64,000 nt of DNA, from the NCBI GenBank assembly GCA_002412545.1, contig DHVG01000013.1, positions 129,315 through 193,314 of the forward strand. The letters run 5' to 3'. Origin of the DNA: Elusimicrobia bacterium UBA5214 (lineage in GTDB: Bacteria; Elusimicrobiota; UBA5214). Shown one piece after another: positions 49,556 through 59,333 of the stretch. The notes below the pieces were generated by a model, which was not told the DNA's origin, ran no database searches, and saw only the letters and a list, made by a program, of their open reading frames with translations. The stretch's first letter is position 1. Every line of letters begins with the position of its first letter. Both the position numbers and the translations under genes were made by a program.

Positions 49556-50293
49556 TTAGATAGGTAATTTTACTAAACGGTCAGCTTCCTGAGTAATTGA
49601 ATTAATTTCTTTTTCTAATTGGCTTATTTTATCTTTCCAACGATCCCCTTTTTTGACTTCAATCGGGTTGCCGTAAATTACTACTACACGATTAAAGGGG
49701 AAAGGCAATAGATATTCATCCCAACTGTGAGGAATAATCTTTTTATATCTTGCCGAACTACTTAAAGGCACAATCACGCTACCGGTTAACTGTGCTAAAT
49801 AGATTGCTCCTGGTTTTACTTCATAAACTGGACCTTGAGGGCCATCAACTGCAAAAGCTGCATCTCTACCTGTTTCAATCTTTTCTGCAATTTTTCTTGT
49901 TGCACTAAGCCAACCACGACTACTTGAACCTCGGATACAAAAATAACCAAACTTAGAAAGTATCCCCGTCTGGAGAGCACCGTCACGAGAAAGACTAGTC
50001 ATAATTGTAATTCCTTGGAGTCGGTGAGTGTAAACCAGAAGAAACTGTCGTCCATGCCAGAAACTGTAAATAACATTTTTTCCATTTTCTTTTATCCTTT
50101 TAACAATTTCGTAATTGATGGTTTTTATTCTTGATGTTTTTCCGACAAATTGAATAAACAACCAAGCTAACCAAGAAAGGATATATTCTTTAATCACTTT
50201 TTTTTGTTTTAATTTTTTTCTTAGATAACCAAGGAATAAATCCGCCACAGAAACCAATTTGCTCACCAATAATATTTTCTTTTCCCAAACCAA
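49556..50293 (-). CDS. DUF374-family protein (lysophospholipid-acyltransferase-like, commonly adjacent to waaA)
   Basis: FWHGRQ motif and 245-aa size; overlaps the next ORF by 104 nt, so the start may be internal. Confidence 0.65.
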   Translation of the reverse strand: MVWEKKILLVSKLVSVADLFLGYLRKKLKQKKVIKEYILSWLAWLFIQFVGKTSRIKTINYEIVKRIKENGKNVIYSFWHGRQFLLVYTHRLQGITIMTSLSRDGALQTGILSKFGYFCIRGSSSRGWLSATRKIAEKIETGRDAAFAVDGPQGPVYEVKPGAIYLAQLTGSVIVPLSSSARYKKIIPHSWDEYLLPFPFNRVVVIYGNPIEVKKGDRWKDKISQLEKEINSITQEADRLVKLPI

Positions 50294-50768
50294 GTCGATT
50301 AAAATCTATTAACTTAAAAATTTTTCTTGTTTTTTCATCTATCGGTAAATCTACATTCATACCAAGTAGATAATTTTCTTTTTTTGCCTCTTCATTAACC
50401 AAACGATAAACAAAACGTCTTGCCTGTTCTTGAGCACTTTCAATGATTGCTTGATAAATTTCTGCTTGGTCTCCTTTCATAAATTTTGTTTTTTCACCTA
50501 AAACTATTACATAAATAGTTAAAGATACACAATTATCTTTCTCACTATCATCAGAAAAAAATCCTTTTGGGCTTAACCGAGGAAAGATTTGTTCAGGCTT
50601 AAATGTTTCGTAGACAGTTGCGGGAAGGAGTAATTTCTCTACTTCTTCAATTTTTTCGCTAATTATCTTTTTAATTTCTGGAAGAATTTCCGCATAACTT
50701 TTTTCTTTCAGTTTCTTCTCTACCAAGTACGGACTTATCTTTAATTTGAATTTTTTTATCTTTTTCAC
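50190..50768 (-). CDS. hypothetical protein
   Basis: 192-aa ORF, Lys/Glu-rich, ATGA-coupled to secF stop; no recognisable motif; overlaps 49556..50293. Confidence 0.4.
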   Translation of the reverse strand: MKKIKKFKLKISPYLVEKKLKEKSYAEILPEIKKIISEKIEEVEKLLLPATVYETFKPEQIFPRLSPKGFFSDDSEKDNCVSLTIYVIVLGEKTKFMKGDQAEIYQAIIESAQEQARRFVYRLVNEEAKKENYLLGMNVDLPIDEKTRKIFKLIDFNRLGLGKENIIGEQIGFCGGFIPWLSKKKIKTKKSD

Positions 50769-51673
50769 TTTTTATTCATTGTCTTTTTTCTTATTTCCCA
50801 TTCGTAGACTAAAGGTGCAGCAACAAAAATAGTTGAATAACTACCGACAACCACACCAAATAGTAACGCAAAAGAAAAATCATGAATTACTTTACCACCG
50901 AAAAAGAAAAGTGCCAAAAGAATAAGAAATACAGTCAAAGAAGTAATAACTGTCCGAGAAAGTGTTTCGTTAACACTAAAATTAATTAATTCCCCTAAAG
51001 AAAGATTGCGTCGTAAATGTAAATTTTCTCTCATTCGGTCAAAGATTACTATGGTATCATTTATAGAATATCCGGCTAAAGTTAAAAGTGCAGAAATTAC
51101 TAATATTGTTACTTCTCTATTAAGTAGAGAAAAAATACCTAAAGTAACAAATACATCATGTGCCAAAGCAAGAACTCCAGCGGTACCCCAAACACCAGAT
51201 TTGAATCGGAAAGCGACATAAATAACTATTCCTAATAAAGAGAACAGGATTGCTAAACCAGCACGTTTGACTAAGTGTCTGCCAATAGCTGGACCCACAT
51301 ATTCACTACGTTCGATTTCAAAATATTTCTCATCAAAATTTTGAATGAGCGATTCCCGCAATTTTCCAATTATTTCTGCTTCATCCTGACTGGTTAATTT
51401 TGTTCTAATGAGTATACTGTGATGATAGGGAAAACTCTGCAATTCGGAGATACTTATCCCTTGGTCAGCAAATATTTTTCGTAATTGTTCCAAAGGAGGA
51501 AGTTCTTTAAATTTTATCTCAGTCAATGTACCTCCAGTAAAATCAATACCTAAACGCGGTCCTCCCTTAAGAATTAGAGAAAGAGCGCCCAGGAGAATCG
51601 CTCCCCCGGAAATAGCAAAGAAAATGTATCTTTTACCTATAAAATCAATTTTGGTCTGCTTAAAAAATTTCAT
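50765..51673 (-). CDS. secF: protein translocase subunit SecF
   Basis: SecF signature GIDFTGGT and 6-TM topology; 302 aa; follows secD. Confidence 0.9.
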   Translation of the reverse strand: MKFFKQTKIDFIGKRYIFFAISGGAILLGALSLILKGGPRLGIDFTGGTLTEIKFKELPPLEQLRKIFADQGISISELQSFPYHHSILIRTKLTSQDEAEIIGKLRESLIQNFDEKYFEIERSEYVGPAIGRHLVKRAGLAILFSLLGIVIYVAFRFKSGVWGTAGVLALAHDVFVTLGIFSLLNREVTILVISALLTLAGYSINDTIVIFDRMRENLHLRRNLSLGELINFSVNETLSRTVITSLTVFLILLALFFFGGKVIHDFSFALLFGVVVGSYSTIFVAAPLVYEWEIRKKTMNKK

Positions 51674-51680
51674 TTCCTTC

Positions 51681-53105
51681 TCAAATACTTAAATGTTTAA
51701 TTGTCCTCTCCGTAAGTGTATATTCATAAATGGTCCTGGTTACCACAATGGCAGTAAACATACTAATGACGATTCCTAAAGTAAGCGTTACCGCAAAACC
51801 TCTAACCGGTCCAGTCCCAAATTGAAAAAGAAAGAGAGCCGCAATCAAAGTAGTGAGATTAGAATCAACGATTGCTGAAAAAGCTTTTGAGTATCCCAAA
51901 TCTATCGCTACCCGTACAGTTTTACCCAGTTCCAATTCTTCACGGATACGCTCAAAAATCAGTACATTGGCATCTACCGCCATACCCAAGGAAAGAATAA
52001 TTCCCGCAATTCCCGGCAGAGTCAAAGTTGCTCGTAAATATGCCATTGCTCCTAAAAGTAAAATAAAATTCATTAAAAGTGCGATATCAGCAATTAGCCC
52101 GGAAAGATGGTAATAAACAACAATGAAAACGAATACAAACAAACATCCAAGAATTGATGCTTGTATTCCCTGTTGGATAGAATCTTCACCTAAAGAAGGA
52201 CCAATAGTTCGCTCTTCAATAATTTTTAAAGGTGCGGGTAAAGCGCCACTTCGCAGAACAATCGCTAAATTTTTAGCTTCTTCCAGAGTAAAATTTCCTT
52301 CAATAATGGCGTTCCCATCAGGTATTCTTGTCCGAATTACTGGTGCTGATTGAACAATATTATCAAGAACAATGGCTAAATTCCTTCCTACATTCAAACC
52401 AGTAGTTTGGGCAAAAATTTTTGCCCCCTCTTTATTAAACTTTAATCCCACATAAGGAAACCCGTATTCACCACCAATTTCCACTTTCACCTTATCACCA
52501 ATTAAGTAAGCACCGCTAATTTCCGGTGTCGATTTCAATAAATAATAACTTCCCTTACCGGGTAATAGAACATAGCCGGTAGGAATTAGTGTTTTCAATT
52601 CTTCTTGTATCCTAGGTAGTTCTTCCCAAGAAAGATTAAGTTCCCTTATCTTTTCGGCAATTTTGCTAATTGCACCACTATTATCCACAAGACGAAATTC
52701 TAAAAGTGCTGTTTTCCCAATTATTTCTTTCACTCGTTCTGGTTCCCTTACTCCTGGCAGTTGTAAAGCAATCCATTTCTCACCCTGTCGGACAATCATC
52801 GGTTCGGCTACACCAAACTGGTCAATTCGGTTACGAATAACCTCTAAAGCACGGTCAACCGCATCAGAAACGGATGTTCCCGGCTCCAGTTTCATTGTAT
52901 CTACTTCCAAAACTAAATGCATACCACCACGCAAATCTAAACCTAAATTCAAAATTTTATTTAATATTTTATCTTTACTCTTTTCACGCTGAATCCGTTC
53001 ACTTAAAGGTAAACGATACCAAGTATAAGTGGGATAAAGGAGATAAACCGATAACGCTAAAATACCTAAAATAAGAAATATTTTTATTTTTAATGAAGTG
53101 GACAT
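51681..53105 (-). CDS. secD: protein translocase subunit SecD
   Basis: Large periplasmic domain then SecD/F TM bundle (LGLDLRGGMHLVLEVD...); 474 aa. Confidence 0.9.
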   Translation of the reverse strand: MSTSLKIKIFLILGILALSVYLLYPTYTWYRLPLSERIQREKSKDKILNKILNLGLDLRGGMHLVLEVDTMKLEPGTSVSDAVDRALEVIRNRIDQFGVAEPMIVRQGEKWIALQLPGVREPERVKEIIGKTALLEFRLVDNSGAISKIAEKIRELNLSWEELPRIQEELKTLIPTGYVLLPGKGSYYLLKSTPEISGAYLIGDKVKVEIGGEYGFPYVGLKFNKEGAKIFAQTTGLNVGRNLAIVLDNIVQSAPVIRTRIPDGNAIIEGNFTLEEAKNLAIVLRSGALPAPLKIIEERTIGPSLGEDSIQQGIQASILGCLFVFVFIVVYYHLSGLIADIALLMNFILLLGAMAYLRATLTLPGIAGIILSLGMAVDANVLIFERIREELELGKTVRVAIDLGYSKAFSAIVDSNLTTLIAALFLFQFGTGPVRGFAVTLTLGIVISMFTAIVVTRTIYEYTLTERTIKHLSI

Positions 53106-53122
53106 CTTAGTTAATTTGGTGA

Positions 53123-53455
53123 TTAAGTGGTTGCCTGTTCCTCTGAACCGATAACTTCCGCTACTGCCGAACGGGTAAGTTCTATTTTTATTTCTTCAGC
53201 AATTTTTACTTCTAAAATATTCCCTTTAAGATTAACAATTGTCCCGTATATTCCGCCATTAGTCAGAATACGGTCACCTTTTTTCAACTCCCGTAACAGT
53301 TTTTGATGTTCGCGCATCTTTTTCTGCTGTGGACGGATAAGTAAAAAATAAAAAATAACAAAAATCAAAATCAAAGGAAAAAAACTGGTAAACATTCCGG
53401 CACCGGGTGAAACCGGTTGACTACCCTGGGCAAAAAGAAAATTAAACATTGACAA
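53123..53455 (-). CDS. yajC: preprotein translocase subunit YajC
   Basis: Single TM then conserved IRPQQKKMREHQ...LKKGDRILTNGGIYGTIV; 110 aa. Confidence 0.9.
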   Translation of the reverse strand: MSMFNFLFAQGSQPVSPGAGMFTSFFPLILIFVIFYFLLIRPQQKKMREHQKLLRELKKGDRILTNGGIYGTIVNLKGNILEVKIAEEIKIELTRSAVAEVIGSEEQATT

Positions 53456-53464
53456 CCTCCTCTT

Positions 53465-54697
<1,233 letters not shown>

Positions 54698-54729
54698 TTA
54701 ACTATCCACTATAAACTATCAACCATCAA

Positions 54730-55806
54730 CTAAATTATAAGCATCGCATCGCCGTAACTGTAGAAACGATATTTTTCTTTCTTCGCTTCCTCATAAAGTT
54801 GTAATATTTTTTCTCGTCCAGCAAAAGCAGAAACTAAAATTAAATTCGTTGATTTCGGTAAATGAAAATTGGTAATCAGCGTATCCACAAGTTGAAATTG
54901 ATAACCGGGGTAAATATAAGCATCAGTATATCCTTCACCCGGGTTAAGAATCCCATTTTTAACCTGCAATTCCAACACTCTTACCACTGAAGTACCACAA
55001 GCAATAATCTTTTTCTTCTTTTTTTTAGCCGAATTGATTTCTTTTGTGGTATCCGTAGGAAGAAAAAAGTATTCTTTCTCCAAATTATGTTCACGGATAT
55101 CCGCACTTTTTACCGGTTGAAAAGTTGCTGGACCAATATGCAAAACAAGATAAACAATTTTCACTCCCCGGGCAGATAACTTTTCTAAAAGTTCTTTCGT
55201 AAAATGTAAACCGGCAGTCGGTGCCGCTACCGCTCCTTCTTCTTTAGCATATACGGTCTGGTATCTCTCCCTATCCAACATCCTCTCCGTTCTCCGTTCT
55301 CCCTGCCTCGCCGGCAGGCAGGCGTTTTCCGTTTCTTGCGCATTTCTCTTTATGTAGGGTGGTAAAGGCATTTCACCGATTTCTTTCCAATAAGCACGTG
55401 GTGTTGAACTAAACTCTAAAATTGAATAGTTTTTTTCTTTCCCTTTGAGTACTGCTTTCAAACTATGAGAAAAAAAAATTTCTTTGTTCACTGCAACCTG
55501 AGAATTAACCAACCCTTTCCATAATTTAGGACTGATTTCTTCTAAAAGTAAAACTTCCACTTTACCACCGGTATCCTTTTTACCTTGTAATCTTGCCGGA
55601 ATAACCTTGGTCCGGTTAAGCATTAAACAATCTCCCGGAGAAAAAAAATTAACTATTTCCGAAAAAATTCTATGCTCAATTCTATTTTCTTTCCGGTGAT
55701 AAACCAAAAGCCGTGATTTATCTCTTTCGGCTGAAGGATACTGGGCAATCATTTCTTTCGGCAAAAAATAATCATAACTCTCTAATCTAAAATCTATTTT
55801 CCCCAT
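54730..55806 (-). CDS. queA: S-adenosylmethionine:tRNA ribosyltransferase-isomerase
   Basis: PLPPYI box, ERYQTVYA, AAPTAGLHFT signatures; 358 aa. Confidence 0.95.
   Translation of the reverse strand: MGKIDFRLESYDYFLPKEMIAQYPSAERDKSRLLVYHRKENRIEHRIFSEIVNFFSPGDCLMLNRTKVIPARLQGKKDTGGKVEVLLLEEISPKLWKGLVNSQVAVNKEIFFSHSLKAVLKGKEKNYSILEFSSTPRAYWKEIGEMPLPPYIKRNAQETENACLPARQGERRTERMLDRERYQTVYAKEEGAVAAPTAGLHFTKELLEKLSARGVKIVYLVLHIGPATFQPVKSADIREHNLEKEYFFLPTDTTKEINSAKKKKKKIIACGTSVVRVLELQVKNGILNPGEGYTDAYIYPGYQFQLVDTLITNFHLPKSTNLILVSAFAGREKILQLYEEAKKEKYRFYSYGDAMLII
55284..55322. repeat. heptamer array TCTCCGT x3 plus GC hairpin inside queA
   Basis: tctccgt tctccgt tctccct (55284..55304) then hairpin cctgcc-tcgcc-ggcagg (55302..55318); encodes the extra segment ..ETENACLPARQGERRTERM.. 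between PPYI and ERYQTVY. Confidence 0.8.
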
Positions 55807-55949
55807 TATTTTTTAAATTCGCAATAATTCAGTTCTACTGAGAAATTGATTTTTGAGCGATTTTGATATTTTTAGTAAAAACAAATGAAGAAATCGTTTT
55901 CGCCAGAGGCGAATCTGCCTTGGACAGAAAAAAATTGTCCTGTCTGAAG

Positions 55950-55964
55950 CCGATGTCACATCGG
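55950..55964. promoter_or_regulatory. perfect 7-1-7 palindrome CCGATGTcACATCGG (candidate operator) in the queA upstream / SpoIID downstream spacer
   Basis: Exact dyad symmetry; neighbouring hairpins ttcgcc-aga-ggcgaa (55899..55913) and ccccg-ttctgag-cgggg (55987..56003). Confidence 0.4.
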
Positions 55965-56115
55965 ATGAGTTTGACAATTATACCTGCCCCGTTCTGAGCG
56001 GGGGATTTCCGAATGCAGTTTTTGCGTTAAAAAAATATCACTGAGCGAAAAAATCTAATTTCTCAGGAAACTTACCTTTTTTCCAAACCCACGAATAAAC
56101 CACTTGACTATAAAA

Positions 56116-57282
56116 CTAATCCACTCTCTTTAATTTCGTCCCCGGATAATAATACTTGAGAATTTCCTTGTAATCATGTCCTTTCAAACCCATACCCCGT
56201 GCACCCCACTGGCATAAACCTACCCCGTGTCCCCATCCTTTACCTTTAAACTGGTAAGCATCACTATAAATTTTCATTTCCACAAAAGTACTGCGTTGAT
56301 TTTCCGGATTAAAAAATATCCGGAATTGGTTAGCCAGAATGATGTGTTTCTTTCCCTTTCCATCAATAATTCTCAACTTGCTTACTCTGCCGCCATTTCC
56401 CCTTTTGTCAATTTCCAATTTTTCAACTTCGTCTATCGGGTATCCTTTCTTTTTTAAAACCGCAGCAATTCTTCTTTTACTTAAACTATGTTCCCAATAA
56501 TATCGTGGGTCATCTTCACAGAATTTACATTTTACACCTTCCAAATATTCCGGGTCATTAGCACTACCCCAGACATTGCTTGGTTTATCCGTACAACCTC
56601 CACAGGTGGAATGAAAAAAAGCATTAATCGGTTCACCGTCATAAATAAGAATTTCTCCCCTTGTTGCATCCACTGCTTGATTCGTCAGCACACTTTCACC
56701 CGATAAACCAGCATAAACCTGACAATGAACACGATTACAGAGATTAAAACCGTCACCGGTATGTTTAGTCAAATTCTTCAAAGCATAAGTGCGGGAAATG
56801 ACCGCTTGTGCTTTCAAGGTTTCCTCGGGCCAATTTGGTGAAATTTCCGGCTTCATTACCCCGTAAAGATATTGTTCTAACTCAACCCGATTAACTACAG
56901 TAAACCTATTTTTTGATTTTTTTATTAAAATCAAAGAACCACGATAACCACGTCGATTAACTTTGAGATAGCCGGAAGAAATAATTTCTACCCGGGAAGT
57001 AAAATTTTTCTTTCCAATTTTTAATCCATCTTCAACAGCAGTAACTGAGTAGTCCCCGGCAGAAAAATTCACCGTTTTATCTTTACTTATAATCTTTAAT
57101 TCTTTTTCCCCACTGATACTTACCCGATTTACCCCGGACAAAATACCTATCTCTACCATAACTTCGGGATTAACCGCTAAAGTTTCCCTAAAAGGAAATA
57201 AAATTACCAAATAAAAAATCAGAGATCCCGCTAAAGCGGTGAAAAGAAAATACCAACTTCTCGGTTTAATTTTATGATTCAT
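56116..57282 (-). CDS. SpoIID/LytB-domain protein (amidase enhancer / lytic transglycosylase-like)
   Basis: SpoIID motifs AQAVISRTYA, HCQVY, AFFHSTCGG. Track start is TTG at 57294; ATG at 57282..57280 (MNHKIKPR...) preferred. Confidence 0.75.
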   Translation of the reverse strand: MNHKIKPRSWYFLFTALAGSLIFYLVILFPFRETLAVNPEVMVEIGILSGVNRVSISGEKELKIISKDKTVNFSAGDYSVTAVEDGLKIGKKNFTSRVEIISSGYLKVNRRGYRGSLILIKKSKNRFTVVNRVELEQYLYGVMKPEISPNWPEETLKAQAVISRTYALKNLTKHTGDGFNLCNRVHCQVYAGLSGESVLTNQAVDATRGEILIYDGEPINAFFHSTCGGCTDKPSNVWGSANDPEYLEGVKCKFCEDDPRYYWEHSLSKRRIAAVLKKKGYPIDEVEKLEIDKRGNGGRVSKLRIIDGKGKKHIILANQFRIFFNPENQRSTFVEMKIYSDAYQFKGKGWGHGVGLCQWGARGMGLKGHDYKEILKYYYPGTKLKRVD

Positions 57283-57311
57283 CTTTATCCACAAATCTTC
57301 CCGAATGATAA

Positions 57312-57386
57312 CACGAATTTACACTAATTAAGTCCAAGGAAATTATTCGTGAACATTCGTGTGACTTAAATTCGTGCTCATTCGTG
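57312..57386. promoter_or_regulatory. phased direct repeats ATTCGTG (x4, one inverted copy) upstream of the SpoIID/LytB gene
   Basis: ATTCGTG at 57345, 57355, 57370, 57380 (10-15-10 bp spacing) and inverted CACGAAT at 57312..57318; 60-100 bp upstream of the ATG at 57282. Confidence 0.5.
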
Positions 57387-57391
57387 CATAT

Positions 57392-57625
57392 TTATTTTCG
57401 TCCAAAAAGTTTAAAAAGTAGAGTTAGAATTATACTGATAATAATACAAGTAGTCAACGGAAAATAGAAACGAAAATTTTCTTTCTCAATCCGGATATCC
57501 CCGGGTAATTTTCCCAACTTGTTCAAAAAAGGTATATTAGATATCTTTTCCCCGAAAAGCATAAATATACCAATCAAAACAAATAATAAACCAAGAAAAA
57601 TAAAAATTCTACCCATGTAATTCAT
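57392..57625 (-). CDS. DUF2905-family small membrane protein
   Basis: KLPGDIRIEKENFRFYFPLTTCIIISIILTLL matches the DUF2905 LPGDI...FYFPL pattern; 77 aa. Confidence 0.65.
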   Translation of the reverse strand: MNYMGRIFIFLGLLFVLIGIFMLFGEKISNIPFLNKLGKLPGDIRIEKENFRFYFPLTTCIIISIILTLLFKLFGRK

Positions 57626-57635
57626 TTTCTAATAC

Positions 57636-57731
57636 GATTCAAACAGATAAAATCTCCGATTCAAACGAGATAACAACCAAAATTTAGTCAGGTCTTCCGT
57701 CTGTTCGAATCCGTTTGAATCTGTATGAATC
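57636..57731. repeat. iteron-like array: two direct CGATTCAAAC copies (22-bp period) and three tandem inverted GTWYGAATC copies (10-bp period)
   Basis: cgattcaaac at 57635 and 57657; gttcgaatcc / gtttgaatct / gtatgaatcg at 57703..57731; followed by hairpin gtcgcc-tcttc-ggcgac (57772..57788). Lies between queH stop and DUF2905 start. Confidence 0.8.
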
Positions 57732-57817
57732 GTCTTTTGGATTATCTGTCTGCATCTCGCCTTTTTTATCTGTCGCCTCTTCGGCGACCTGCCGACGAGG
57801 CATGGCGGCAATCTGCG

Positions 57818-58396
57818 TTATTTCTTCTCTGCGTAATCAGCGCTTCTTTTCTGCGTAATCTGCGTTATACTATAGAGACAGCCACAATATTTTTGTGAAT
57901 ATAAACCTAATTCTTTGGCTTTCTTTTTCTCTGGATAATAACTATTCCGCAAATCCTGATAACAAAATTTTACTCCGTTTTTTTCTTCTAATTCTTTACC
58001 AATTCTTTTAATCTCTTCGTGCTTTTGCTGCGGACTGGAAAGAAGCGAACTGCTGAAATAAGTAAAACCATTTCCCCGGGCATATTTTGCCGTCTTCTCT
58101 AAACGCAAACGGTAACAAAAAAGATGTCGTTTTTCCGCATCATCGGCGAAATCTTTCACCGCCTTCAGCCATGCTTCCTGACTATATCCGTCATCATAAA
58201 TCACCGGGAATCCGATTTTTTCACTCAACTGCTTCACTGCTTCCCGCCGTTTCCGGTATTCTTCTTCGGGATGGACATTTGGATTAAACCAGAATACCGT
58301 AACCAATCCCGCCCTTTCAATGAAAGAACGGGATAATTCTTCATAAATTCCTAATCCGCAAATCGCACAACAAAAATGCAAGAGTAATTTTTCCAT
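57818..58396 (-). CDS. queH: epoxyqueuosine reductase QueH (DUF208)
   Basis: LLLHFCCAICG, FWFNPNVHPEEEY, YSQKYCGCLYS Cys motifs; 192 aa. Last ~40 nt hold a ~20-nt direct duplication (GATTACGCAGARAAGAA). Confidence 0.85.
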   Translation of the reverse strand: MEKLLLHFCCAICGLGIYEELSRSFIERAGLVTVFWFNPNVHPEEEYRKRREAVKQLSEKIGFPVIYDDGYSQEAWLKAVKDFADDAEKRHLFCYRLRLEKTAKYARGNGFTYFSSSLLSSPQQKHEEIKRIGKELEEKNGVKFCYQDLRNSYYPEKKKAKELGLYSQKYCGCLYSITQITQKRSADYAEKK

Positions 58397-58405
58397 CAGT
58401 ATATT

Positions 58406-58735
58406 TTACCGCTTTATTCTTGCCGCGTAGCAAAAAACATAAAAATATTTTCGCCAGAATTGGTCAGAGGAAGAGAATTGATTATCAGAATAAAAATAAT
58501 CAACTAATGTTTCGCGTAATCGTGTTAATTCTTTTAAGTGGGATTTGTTTTTTGGATTAGAAATTGTTAAATCCAAAAGTTCCAAGGCGCGTTCAACGGC
58601 TTTGCTGCTGTAATTATTATTCTTGTTTCTCCAGTTGATTGCCCGCTCAACCTCACTCCCGATGTTTGCCATCTGCTCAAAAAAAGTTAACTCAAACCAC
58701 CTGCCGGACGATAGTTGTTTATGCTGATAGTTCAT
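58406..58735 (-). CDS. hypothetical protein (downstream member of overlapping two-gene module)
   Basis: 109 aa, predicted helical; ATGA overlap with the upstream 113-aa ORF; no motif I can name. Confidence 0.5.
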   Translation of the reverse strand: MNYQHKQLSSGRWFELTFFEQMANIGSEVERAINWRNKNNNYSSKAVERALELLDLTISNPKNKSHLKELTRLRETLVDYFYSDNQFSSSDQFWRKYFYVFCYAARIKR

Positions 58736-59073
58736 TGTTTAATTAAGTTGTTTACGATTTCAATTATTTTTTCCCTGATTTCGGGATTATCAATTCCACG
58801 ACTACGGTTCCCTTGCGATGGTCGCAGATTTATCAATGCGTCAAATTCAATCCAACTTTCATCCTTTATTTCAGGATATAGATTAATCCCCCAGAGAGTT
58901 TGTTGATTTGAACCGTTTTCAATTAATAGAGCTTCCTCATCCGAGTGAAGTTCACCGCCAACAACCAAGATTCCTTTTTCCACATCAACCACTGCTTTAA
59001 CCAGGTCGCCAAACATTTCTTCTGCCATTTTCTTTAGCTCAGCAATAGAAATTTTATCCTTAATAATTTTCAT
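58732..59073 (-). CDS. hypothetical protein (upstream member of overlapping two-gene module)
   Basis: 113 aa, contains GILVVGGELHSDEEALLIENG; translationally coupled to 58406..58735; unknown family. Confidence 0.5.
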   Translation of the reverse strand: MKIIKDKISIAELKKMAEEMFGDLVKAVVDVEKGILVVGGELHSDEEALLIENGSNQQTLWGINLYPEIKDESWIEFDALINLRPSQGNRSRGIDNPEIREKIIEIVNNLIKQ

Positions 59074-59114
59074 AAATGTAATTTTTTTCTTTTGGCTTTC
59101 TTTTTGATTTTCTA

Positions 59115-59145
59115 AACTTCTTCTCCTACCCGCAATGAGCAGATA
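59115..59145. promoter_or_regulatory. conserved ~31-bp motif, copy 1, upstream of the two-gene module
   Basis: cttcttctcctacccgcaatgagcagataac; 28/31 identical to the copy at 60424..60454; minus-strand core GTTATCTGCTCATTGCGG lies ~45 nt upstream of the ATG at 59073. Confidence 0.6.
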
Positions 59146-59333
59146 ACATGTTCAGGGAAAAAATAAAACTGCCCCCTTTTTCGTCAAATGCTTAAGTCCC
59201 CATTCTTAGTTTTGCTTATAAATCCCTGCGGTTAGATTTATTTTAATAAATCTGCAGGGATGCAAAACTATGGGGGTCAAGGTTTTACACCTATTTCTAT
59301 TCCTATTTCACCCATTTATTTGAGCCCCGTAAA

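Noticed and set aside
57285-57293. Replication origin suggested by a perfect DnaA-box nonamer TTATCCACA (and a near match around 7869)
   Set aside because: A single exact 9-mer is expected by chance about once in a window this size; no cluster of boxes, no dnaA/dnaN nearby, no strand switch in gene orientation.
57629-57811. Minus-strand ORF 57629..57811 (60 aa)
   Set aside because: Falls entirely within the iteron-like repeat and hairpin block; the reading frame is an artefact of the repeats.
57818-57870. Separate element at the queH 3' end (GATTACGCAGARAAGAA direct duplication)
   Set aside because: It is inside the queH reading frame and simply encodes the last residues (..ITQKRSADYAEKK); most simply a small tandem duplication extending the C-terminus, of the same nature as the other micro-arrays.
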